Below, in pieces: positions 13,301 to 22,254 of a DNA stretch of 36,388 nucleotides (positions are counted from its first letter, which is position 1; every line of letters begins with the position of its first letter). The position numbers were made by a program, and so were the translations under genes. The stretch comes from Nemertoderma westbladi. Taxonomy: Eukaryota; Animalia; Xenacoelomorpha. Location of the stretch: the NCBI GenBank assembly GCA_032718475.1, contig JAUCBJ010007586.1, forward strand, positions 1 through 36,388. The letters are read 5' to 3'. The notes under the pieces are model-generated. The model saw only the letters and a list, made by a program, of their open reading frames with translations, was not told the DNA's origin and did no database searches.

Positions 13301-14449
13301 CTCTACCACCGAAAGGGTGGCTTCGGGAACAGGCCTAATTATTTCAGGCTCATCTACTATAGTAGGGAGTCTCTCTATTGTAATTATTTGGTCTGTGGGT
13401 TCTGTACTACCTAAGTTGGTGTTATTTAGTTGCCTTCTAACAGCTGGAGGCAAATCAGGCAATTTCTGACGGTGGGATGTTCTTTTACGTCTGCTTAGGT
13501 GAGATCTATTTCCTTTGCCTTCAGTGTCGGTAGTATCGCCTTCCTCAGATGATGTATATCCCTGTCTTTTGGGAGTAGATCGATTCATCATCTGCATATT
13601 ACTAGCTGTTAACTGTTTATTTATGCAGTCTTGATTCTCCTGAATGTATTCCAATTCTAGTTGGGTGGTTTCTTCAGATGCCTTTCGTTCTGCTTCTGCC
13701 ACTGCAGCTGCTAAAGCCGCTTTTCTTTCTGCTTCTGCCACTGCAGCTGCCAAGGCCGCTGCTATTTTCTTTCTGTCTTCTATAAGTTTTTTCTTTACTT
13801 GCTCTTCTTGGACTCTAGTGATGCGGAGGAGTTCATCAAATTTAGCTTGGTTCGCAGCTAACATTTCCGCATCGATTGCGTCCAGCACAAGCTTGGTTCC
13901 TTCACTATTAGGGCTAAGCCCCTCCAACCTTCTCCTCAACTCTTCATCTCCTACAAAGCGTTGATAGTCTGACAGATAGATGTCAATAGCATCCCTCTTA
14001 TGCGGTTTCTCTGCTGTCACTTCGCTTTCTTCTTGAGAAGAAGTGGCGTCGGTTGACTCTTCATAGGTTGGCCGCTCATCATAAACCTTATCCGCCATCT
14101 TCGCTCCGCATTCGGTCGTCCGCTCAACAGTATCCGAACTACTGGAGCTATCAGGCCGTTGAGAAGTAAGTTCTTGGCTCGCGGGTTGTTGCGGTTCCGC
14201 TGCTTCTTGGTCCCGCTTGACCTGAGCTCGAGTGCCTATGATAGACCTACGATGTTGGACTAGCCTAGGGTCTGATACTACTACTTGAGGGATGATCTTT
14301 CGCACAGTAGGAGGGGACTTAGACTTTGGTCTGGGATGTTCCATACTTTGATCTTGGTCACAGATCCTTTTAAGACGCTGTCTAAGTCTAATACTCATTC
14401 TAACACCCTCTAAGAGACTATCTGACAATGTTTGTTGTGAGTCAGACAT
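10235..14449 (-). CDS. gag: BEL/Pao gag-protease polyprotein (1404 aa) lacking RT, most of RNase H and integrase
   Basis: DUF1759-like KFNGDEMKWLPF...LSNGEKLRFLIECLEG. Triple knuckle CVLCDGPHRLSAC / CYNCLRRGHQRRTC / CAKCGAKHHILLH. Protease-like NALLDSSSTGTFI, ILIGQN and AVRTRVGWYLTG. The ORF then jumps to the RNase H end WRYCPKKFNPTDIASRG. No YxDD and no integrase core. Confidence 0.93.
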   Translation of the reverse strand: MSDSQQTLSDSLLEGVRMSIRLRQRLKRICDQDQSMEHPRPKSKSPPTVRKIIPQVVVSDPRLVQHRRSIIGTRAQVKRDQEAAEPQQPASQELTSQRPDSSSSSDTVERTTECGAKMADKVYDERPTYEESTDATSSQEESEVTAEKPHKRDAIDIYLSDYQRFVGDEELRRRLEGLSPNSEGTKLVLDAIDAEMLAANQAKFDELLRITRVQEEQVKKKLIEDRKKIAAALAAAVAEAERKAALAAAVAEAERKASEETTQLELEYIQENQDCINKQLTASNMQMMNRSTPKRQGYTSSEEGDTTDTEGKGNRSHLSRRKRTSHRQKLPDLPPAVRRQLNNTNLGSTEPTDQIITIERLPTIVDEPEIIRPVPEATLSVVETPVLPEPAFKFPLHSTKLPVPRGTALETVSVLDSERNIKDISPVVPRLPATTLADPASAVDWVDERRRGMDILLGKMEENRMRSSQQVRELEGTVQQLKGTVKESRLELQEVQQNIALERDKLVNLQKGIPPPPVTMCQPVRSEVSHAQGVEPTRIYTASEVETPIVNPIKSNYRPVDNDIPYRPDHNPRNLYTDNSILNNTMAQESFTRQMARTEARQAVKVGEIVKFNGDEMKWLPFNEYYKDNIQNSVLSNGEKLRFLIECLEGSPKLMALKFIGHPDGLRQVWDTLNIRYGNRNNIAGYLYAKLVAPRKFISSGIIEFSDEIQEICRQLDWLGKSHEYQSAMVIRAVASTLPKGGVGTRWDKKVLYMMEQQRRDPTMTDLMSFLDREVKLQLIRQSREKTLENKVSEKSVSRRRVTPVCYTDDGESQTSQGEDSGKDTERSYYVNKTPKDQVSKFKSRTNDRREQVRKTPPTSPKRIQVRKPEERTNVHHTAHVKVSNIKPKCVLCDGPHRLSACDEFLRKSLKDRREVMWDKRLCYNCLRRGHQRRTCYSDVRCAKCGAKHHILLHTEFERSSPSQVSESEQLHVQFSDVNDTDQSSEMEGFYTDEFSDQNESCYLINTTAVYRALMYEKDTDSDLTLTTSDQQQSWKAPTSNVGIREFPVVQLRVHGPQKSYIVNALLDSSSTGTFIDKELAEDIFAGQPKFRTKLNMSGIMQVWKSAVAADYYIGELSTPQDKLGEHSIRSVKMVAIKNFATTQVEPYNWDEDDHAQQLNIPRFDTDYPGVQILIGQNAHEALETLEKRPAQPQPLQTYAVRTRVGWYLTGPSRRMLRERLLQDRVCQVSEWEDDTSEGDDPTEGTPYSSDNDDISSNVDQWRYCPKKFNPTDIASRGATPQELTDTTDRLGEPDFLSKEDEWPPHLTPTEIRPAKGAEKVKPKTRTGGSELFEPGIDLSVLHIARDDTVDLDLPTASGSFMKIRESDWSSGTSDVSQGLSPLLQGATDHYIAPGISFVRPSCT

Positions 14450-14574
14450 GTTTGGTTGTACAGTTGAATGCCTACTGCTATATTACAGTCCAAGCAAGTC
14501 TAGTAATTCAGTATTAACTGCTAGCCCAGTAATTAATTACCGATACTGCTACTCAGTGTAGCGTGATATATATA

Positions 14575-14835
14575 ATATTAGAATACCGGTATGCTTATGG
14601 TATATATAAGTATTATTACAGACTAGGTTTTTCACAGAAACCGGTATATAATTTTAGCACAAATATATATAAATATATAATAGGCCTATCGTGAATACCG
14701 GTATACAGCTTACACTTATAGTGTATATATATAAGTATAATTACAGACTAGAATTAATTACAGAATACCGGTATGATTTCAACCTAAAATTTATAGAAAT
14801 AAATATAATAAGCCTATTGTAAATACCGGTATGTC
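14575..14835. repeat. Degenerate tandem repeats with (AT)ACCGGTAT palindromes about every 55-70 bp in the element leader
   Basis: ACCGGTAT near 14585, 14640, 14697, 14767 and 14825, with shared flanks TTACAGACTAG and ATATAATA(G/A)GCCTAT. Confidence 0.7.
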
Positions 14836-15789
14836 AATTATTTTAGAATAATTGAATTTCTGAATTTTAAGGGTTACTTGGTTACTTTAACTTACTTTAT
14901 TACCGTTATTTAAGCAGTAGTCCAACTGATATTGAGACCTAATTGTTGTATGGCAGGCCTACTATTTATAAATCGTTTGAGTTGATTTATAATATATATA
15001 TACCCGTTGAAATGGGTTTTTGTCAATGTTTGAAATAAATGTTATTATTTCTGGGGGAGTCACTACACATAAGCTGTGCGCTCTCAGTGGAGTGCTACTT
15101 GTTAGACACTAAAACAAATAATTCTAATTTACCTAAGTTACTTAATACTACAAATTACGTACAATTCGGGTTGAGATTACAATCTCTAAATAAACACAAA
15201 AATTTAATTACAAATACACAAATACAAATTTTTAGGGTAATTTTACAAGAAGTCTACTAACCAGCCTAACAAAGGGTTAGAATATCTGGTTATTACAACG
15301 GACAGGTTACTACGGTATTTGAAAATAATAAGTAGTAGTAAATATACTGCGCTGTCCAGATAGGAAAATACCACCGCCTGACGACCTATAACCGTATCGC
15401 TATAGGTACTACGTTATGTATCACGGAGTGTTCCTACCCAGAAGTTAATTACCGCGGTCTACCAGAACCAACGTGCCTATTAACCACTTTACAACACAAA
15501 TACACTGCCTACACACTAATCACCTTCGGAAAGTACTATACACTAAACCCTAAATTAGGTACAAGTACTTGTACGACAAATAATTAGTAGTTAAAAATAC
15601 AGCTAAAAGAACCACGGTATCTGCCGGAGTGACCAAAGCATAAAATCTCCAGTCTTTACCTACGCCGTGCAGCCCTGATGTAGTACCGGGGTTAGTTTAA
15701 CTATAACGGTATGTATAACAAACACAATTACTGTAGGAATAAACTTGGGGATATGAATGTTGCGAATAATCGCATAAACTCTGAATAAT

Positions 15790-16370
15790 AAATATTACGC
15801 TACGCGTACAAACTACTCAAACAAAATGCAGACCAAATACTGACAGACTACTATCAAGCCTAAACAAACTACGGTATATGCAGACTCCAAAATGATTAGT
15901 TAGTATGCGTTCTAACCCAGTAGTACGACTTATTCTTTCACAGGGGGTTTACCTCACAGCACTTGAAGCCCCTACTTTCCTAACTTAGCACTTTATCGGA
16001 CAGATGCTCTACACACACCGAAATTTCCTCAAACCCAACAGCAGCCAGACAACTATCCAGTATCCAGCCTACAAATTATCTAAATAAAATTATATGCTAC
16101 CCGTACAGACTACACAAACAAAGTACAGACCAAACGATGGCAGACTACTATCAAGCCTAAATAAACCACAGGACATGCAGACTCCGAAATGGTTAAGTAG
16201 TATGCGTTCTAACCCAGTAGTACGACTTATTCTTTAGATGGGGGTTTACCTTACAGCTATGGCTGCCCCTACTTCCTAACCGTTCTTTATCGGACATACA
16301 CTCTACATGCACTGCAATCCGTTCAGACCTAATCAACAGTTAGCCAACAGTCAAGCCTACAAATTATCTG
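15790..16370. repeat. Diverged 297-bp tandem dimer in the element leader
   Basis: Identical 38-nt core TAGTATGCGTTCTAACCCAGTAGTACGACTTATTCTTT at 15901 and 16198. CAGACTACTATCAAGCCTAAA and GCCTACAAATTATCT are also shared. Confidence 0.85.
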
Positions 16371-16636
16371 TACAATCTGATCAGGCTTACACGCCTTCTG
16401 CTCAATACTGGCCTACTAATAAATAAAACTGACAGAAATAGGCCTAAGTAAAATCCCAATAAAAACCAGGCATCCCCGATTAATTATTAAGACCTACCGG
16501 CATATAATAATCAAATCGAATAATACTGCTGTACTTGTACTGTAAGTACCGGTTCGGATGATCAGGCAGTCAGGCCTACAGGTTTCCGGTCGACCGGTAC
16601 TTTAGACTAGATTGCTTACACCGCAATCCAGAAGCA

Positions 16637-16647
16637 ATATCTGTTAT
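16637..16647 (-). promoter_or_regulatory. Non-tRNA sequence at the primer-binding position (ATAACAGATAT), complementary to LTR 17397-17407
   Basis: Abuts the 5' LTR end, does not start with TGG, and has an exact 11-nt complement inside the LTR. Function is inferred. Confidence 0.55.
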
Positions 16648-17840
16648 TGTTTGCGCTTTTGAAGACCTTTGACAGTTTAACCTGCCAAATTAGGATGTCT
16701 TTTAGATGATATATAGTCTTTAGCCTATGACGAGTATTTGATACACTACATTAGCCGAAGTCAGTCTATGCGCAATCATTCACCCGCTGGATATACCCGG
16801 GAGACGGAATTCGGAGCTTAATGATTGATGGTGTAAGCCTACCGTATTATTCGACTGATCGTAATATATAATCTCTGACAAATATTATTCACTTTCGGGA
16901 AATATTAACAGTTCCTTTAGGACGTGGCGCTCTAATTATGTAAACAGAGTTATGACTTAAACCAGACGCAATGAGATGGCTATAGATTCACGTATATGGC
17001 GCATTCTTTAGGAGATGCTTTGTTATCAGTTACAATCATACACAATGCTGCACAATGCTGCACACCAATCTGCCGACCTTCACTAATTTTAGTCACATAC
17101 AAAGAGAATAACAGACAATACATGTAGGGCCTATAAAATAGCATTAGATTCACTTCAAACCACTTAACATAGGTCGCAATCGTTTATCTGTAACCGGTCT
17201 CTCTAACCTTTAGTATATCAAGAAGGTTGGGTGTCTGACTATTGATCAGTATTCCAAATATAATCTTCCATCAACAAATATAATGAATAATCGACAGCAA
17301 AAGCAGTAATGTTAAGTAAGATATGCATGATATGTTTAGTAAGCATTGAATTGCATTGATAAGGTAACTCGATTTGCATTGGTATGGTTAGGTAAGATAA
17401 CAGATATATGTTCTATAATTAAGCCTACTAATGTAAGACTAAAGACTGAAACACAGAGGTGCCAAAAGCCGGTGTTCTTAGGCTCTGGGCAAAAACATAA
17501 CACTGAATTCCTGAGTTTCTGTATCCACCTCCAACACAGAGACAAAAAACGCTCTGATTGGTCGACCGAACAACGAGAGAACAAAGAAACAAAGAAATGT
17601 CGACGTGGCAATATCAGCTGTTAGCCGTCGTCATGGTAGCGACACTGTTTTCAAGAGTATCGAGCTTATTGCGTCCCGAAATTGCGGATTATGTCCTCTA
17701 AAGTACAAATACAGAAGAAATGGCTTTTATGTCCTCTAAAACACCAGTACAGTAAGGACACGGCCTTTTTATGCCCAGCAAACCAACTACAGAGTACTTT
17801 ACGGGGAAAATAACCGGCTAATTACGCAAAAGCTTTTACA
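16648..17840 (-). repeat. 5' LTR
   Basis: Direct repeat of 5658-6850, upstream of gag on the minus strand. Contains CCAATCAGAG on the sense strand. Confidence 0.97.
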
Positions 17841-19207
17841 AAACCTTTAATATTATTGCTGACCTTTTGGCGTTAACGGCGCCTCATATTTACCTTGCCA
17901 AGTAATAGTGTTATGATAAAAAAACTAATAAATTTTGAACTAAAAAATTAACTGTTTTTCTAAACATATGCTTAAAACATATGTAAGTATGGAAATCGAA
18001 AACGAAATAGGTGAAATAACCTGCCACGAATGCATATGACGACATAAATACATACAAGACAATACATATGTCAATTAAAATTTCCGTACGTTACATATGT
18101 GTTCAGCATATGTGCAGAAAAACAGGAAAATTTTTGGCGCGCAAAAGCGCGCACACACACGCCATGTGCGCGCAAGCGCGTACACACTGACACATATGCC
18201 ATGTGCGCGCAAGCGCGCACATGTGGCTTGCTCTGTGGGCGCACGGCGCACGTTTTTGGCCTTTTCTGCGCACGCGCACGCGCACCCATTATTTTACCGC
18301 GCACAACGCGTTTTAATTTTTGCAAACATTTTCCAGGCTGGGCACCAGGCAGCCAGGTGCCAGGGCTGCACAGCTGCAGGGGGCCTAGGCAGGAAGGCAG
18401 CTAGGCTAGGCCTAGGGGGCACTGGAGAAAGGACAGAAGGAGGGTGTCTGTCTACTCAGCCAACCAGCTCCTGTCTGACTGGGCTACTGCTTGCTACACG
18501 CATAACGCACAAGGAACACCGGCAGACCGGGCAGCCGGGAGCCGGAACACCGATCAGATCACTTTCTGGCTTTAGCTAAGCTATAAATCAGTAAATTGCT
18601 GAATTCTCCATGCATTTACCAGTTTACAGCACTGCCTGTAAGTGTCCGTGCACCGTGCATGGTTCGTGCAGCCACTATCAGACTATTCCAGTATATTCTG
18701 TATTTAGCTATTTCGCTACCAGGTATTTGCTGATTTATTATTGTATTAGGAGGTCTAAATATTATTAAAATTTCACACCCAACGATGAGATTATAATTCC
18801 CAAATTAATCAACCGGTACCCGGGCATAGCGCTACTGTATACGTCTATACAGAATTATTTATGGCAATTCTATTCGCGTGTATTTGTTTTCTATGGATAA
18901 ATTTCACTCCAGATTTTCAAATATAAAAATTCATCAGACAAAATTGAATGGTGAAAATGAACAGCATATAATTGTAGCAAACTGCTACCGTTCTTATTAA
19001 GTAATCTGTATTATGTATTAATTTACTATAAATAATTTATTTTATTTATTTTTATTGCTGTATTTACAGAGTATGGAGTACTGTACTTACCAGTTACTGA
19101 GTTACCTGTACACATTTATGTTTGTATTACAAGGTGGGGTGGTACCACCCGTATTAATTAATTTTATTTCCCAACTAATTTTCTCGTGTTTTTGTTTGTT
19201 TTCTCAG

Positions 19208-19368
19208 TTATTTAATCGACAACGGCGTATGTTTCTTATGTTTATGTGAACATTCCTTCTCTAAGAAGACAGCCTTCCAATATTTGGACGATCTGCAGAG
19301 CCAATTTCATGTTCAATATGGTCACAAAGTCGGGTCTGTTTCAAGGCCCTATAGCTTCATAGAATTTG
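19208..19368 (+). CDS. SEC22B: SEC22B coding exon 2 (161 bp)
   Basis: Pyrimidine tract then TTCTCAG acceptor. Reads (H)[53 protein letters not shown](D). Donor G|GTTAGT. Phases join exons 1 and 3 in frame. Confidence 0.95.
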
Positions 19369-20104
19369 GTTAGTGTCAAGGTTGTCCGTTAGAGAATTAG
19401 GGTGACCAGAATATAGTGAAATACGTTGGATATACTTCAGTATAATCTCGATTCGTAATGTCATTGGAGGTAGAATTTTAGTAAATTGCTTATGGGATTG
19501 AGGCCTTATCGCTTCGAACTTTCTATGTGTCGGTGGAAAATCTCGAGAAATTATAATCTTTAATGAAATATTTATATTTTCGAATAAATTTAATATATTA
19601 TGTTTATAACGCTTTAGATTTTGCGACTTCCAATATTATGTTTTATGATTTTGCACGGAACTGGAAAAAAATGCGAAAAAACTCACTGGGGGGTTGAACT
19701 AGTGCTAATGGCATATTGGGCCTCTTCAGTATCGCCAATCAATTCATCCACTCTCTCCATTTCATTTAGTCCTATGTACTAAAACTGTTTGTGTGTGAGT
19801 GTGTAGGCTAGTTAATATTTGATTTTCATTCCATTCCAACATTTCTTATTGAGTAACATCAACTAATAAATGTGGGGTTAACCGAGCTTAGCATATTCTA
19901 TGCCAACCGTTGCCTCGGCGCCTCCTAGCGGGAGATTGGAGAACTGCTGAGTCCACACAAATTCTATTCCAGACGTTTAATATACTATCTACAGTAAATT
20001 GTACAAAGTTTGTTTAAATTCATGAAAAGATTGAAACTCTGTAAAACATTTTTATTATAACTACGACATATTACCAAAATGTTCTGTTTATAAATCTGTT
20101 GTAG

Positions 20105-20251
20105 ATAATTATATCCAAAAAGCGAAGAAAGGCTACCTGGATAGCCGGTCGAGACGAAATCTTTCGAATATTAACACCGAATTACAAGACGTTCAACGGA
20201 TAATGGTCCAGAATATCAGTGACGTCCTGGATAGAGGAGAGAACCTTTCCA
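20105..20251 (+). CDS. SEC22B: SEC22B coding exon 3 (147 bp), start of the R-SNARE motif
   Basis: TTGTAG acceptor. Reads (D)[48 protein letters not shown]. Donor A|GTGAGT. The final exon (rest of SNARE motif plus TM anchor) was not found in the window. Confidence 0.95.
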
Positions 20252-20428
20252 GTGAGTTGTATCTCATGTCAATTACCTGCATCTTATTACCCCGTCAGCC
20301 TTTTGTAGAGTTTAAGAAATTATCTTAATCTAGTCCTCAATGCTGACCGGCCAGGGTTTTTTTTCTAAATAAATGTTAGTGAAATTTATAAATGAAAATA
20401 GTGATTTCTTAATTTTTTAAACTTGTTT

Positions 20429-21670
20429 GACAATAAAATGATTCTATATAGGATTAGGCCTCACATAGAGAAACTACTGCATAAGAGCCAAAACGGATTT
20501 CGACCAAGTAAATCAACAATAGCCCAGATACTTGCACTACGGAGACTGATTGAAGGAATTAAGTCAAAGAATCTCCCCGCAGTCATAACTTTTGTGGACT
20601 TCAAGAAGGCATTCGACTCCATCCATAGAGGTAAAATGCTTGAAATCCTAAGAGCTTATGGAATACCAGAAGTAATTGTTGCTGGCATTGGATTGCTATA
20701 TTGTGACACAGAAGCGCAGGTACTCTCACCAGATGGTGAAACTGAGTTTTTCTCTATCCTGGCTCTAGCGTACTGCAAGGTGACACATTAACACCATTAC
20801 TATTTGTAATTGTGCTGGATTACGCAATGAGGACGGCCAAAAAGGGTGAAGATCTGGGATTCACACTTCAAGAACGCAGAAGTAGTCGATATCCGGCAAC
20901 TACAGTCACAGACACCGACTTTTCGAATGACATTGCCCTGCTCTCTAATACCCTAGCAGATGCACAGCTTCTACTAAATAAAGTGGAGAGGGCTGCTAAG
21001 GAGGTTGGATTGCATATACATGCTACCAAGACCGAATTCATGACCTTTAATGTTGATGGAAACTTGACAACCATTGATAATAATCAACTAAGGAAGGTCG
21101 ATTACTTCCAGTACCTTAGATCATGGATAGAGAGTAGCAAAAAGGACATAGAAGTTAGGAAAGCAAAGACTTGGGTAGCTCTATCAAAAATGGATACCAT
21201 CTGGAAATCAGATCTCTCCAGGCACCTGAAGACTAAGTTCTTTCGATCCACAGTGGAAAGTGTATTTTTATACGGGGGTGAGACCTGGACACTGACTAAA
21301 TCACTTGAACAACGAATTGATGGTTGCTACACAAGACTACTAAGGGCAGCCCTAAACATCAGCTGGAGACAACACATGACAAATGCCGAGCTTTATGGTA
21401 CAATACCACCTGTATCAACCACCCTCCGTGAACGCAGATTATGATTCAGTGGGCACTGCTGGCGAAGTAAAGACGAGGTCATACCAGATCTACTTCTCTG
21501 GCAACCAACTCATGGAAAGCGTAGTCGTGGACGACCGGCCATAACATATATAGATCAACTTGAAAGGGATACTGAACTTGGGAGAAACGAAATTGCAACA
21601 ACTATGGAGAATCGGGAAGCCTGGAAGGATCTCATTTCCACTGTCCGAGTTCGCTCGACCTAGTAGTAGT
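20429..21670 (+). mobile_element. 5'-truncated RTE-like LINE with (TAG)n tail
   Basis: Motifs QNGFRPSKST, FVDFKKAFDSI, VLQGDTL, TDFSNDIALL (FADD degraded), FLYGGETWTL and GHCWR..LLLW..RGRP. Frameshift near 20765 and stop at 21442. Tail TAGTAGTAGT. TSD AAACTTGTTT at 20419-20428 and 21671-21680. Confidence 0.95.
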
Positions 21671-22254
21671 AAACTTGTTTAGAAATATTCCTAAAATTAA
21701 ATATTGCAACAACGAATTGATAAATATAAACTTTACTAAGGAGTTTGAAATAATTAACTATTTCTTTTACAAAAAGAATGTACTATTTTTTTGTCCTCTT
21801 TTTTTCTTTTTTTTTTTAAAAGTTGTTATTTACCTGGTTGTGCATCATGCGCATTTTTTATAAATATTCGGTAATCGTATCTTTTATCTTGTAAACGTTC
21901 TTGATAATGAAATTATTTGCTTCATATTATATTTTTGTCAGTGGTAGCTAAGTTGCATTTTTTATTATGTGGGGCGAGCCACAAAGTCAGCTAGCCTCAC
22001 GCCTTGCAGTGTAGACAATTGTTTAGTTTACTTACTGCTGACTGACATAGACACAGTTCTTTGCAATAGTCTTGGCTAGGATTTTTCCCCCGGGCTCCTT
22101 CCAGCCAGCTTGCTGGCTTTCTAGTTGTATAGGATATTTTAATGTAAATCGGTTCATTTGCCATTGCCATAATCCAAATTGTTTTTGATTAATATAATTA
22201 TATTTGGAATAAATATTAAAAATTTTAAATAATTAGAACGAGACAACCAAAAAT

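Larger units (their letters stand above)
5658..17840 (-). mobile_element. BEL/Pao LTR retrotransposon, young, internally deleted (non-autonomous), 12,183 bp
   Basis: Two 1193-bp TGT...ACA LTRs. 5-bp TSD AAACC at 5653-5657 and 17841-17845. BEL-type gag ORF on the minus strand. Confidence 0.96.
5281..17867. mobile_element. Foldback MITE (about 400 bp) with its right TIR split by the LTR element
   Basis: The left end AAAGGTCAGCAATAATATTAAAGGTTTTAAAAAGAATATTAGAG is mirrored by CTCTAATATTCTTTTTAAAACC [LTR element] TTTAATATTATTGCTGACCTTT. It has internal tandem units and TTTCGGCCGAAA palindromes. No clean TSD. Confidence 0.85.
4485..18341. mobile_element. Non-autonomous TIR DNA transposon (hAT-like), outer layer of the nest
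   Basis: TIRs CCAGCCTGGAAAA (4485-4497) and TTTTCCAGGCTGG (18329-18341). TSD GCACCAGG at 4477-4484 and 18342-18349 (or 10-bp GGCACCAGGC if the TIR starts at CAG). GCGCAC subterminal repeats occur at both ends. No transposase seen. Superfamily is inferred. Confidence 0.85.

Noticed and set aside
15698-15710. TAACTATAACGGT, matching bacterial 23S rRNA helix 69 / I-CeuI site
   Set aside because: Only 13 nt with no flanking rRNA similarity.
16610-16630. TGGATTGCGG as a tRNA PBS
   Set aside because: It lies 17 nt from the LTR end and matches no tRNA 3' end that I recognise.
18071-18579. Overlapping ORFs in GC-rich sequence
   Set aside because: They arise from GCGCAC subterminal repeats and run across the transposon boundary.
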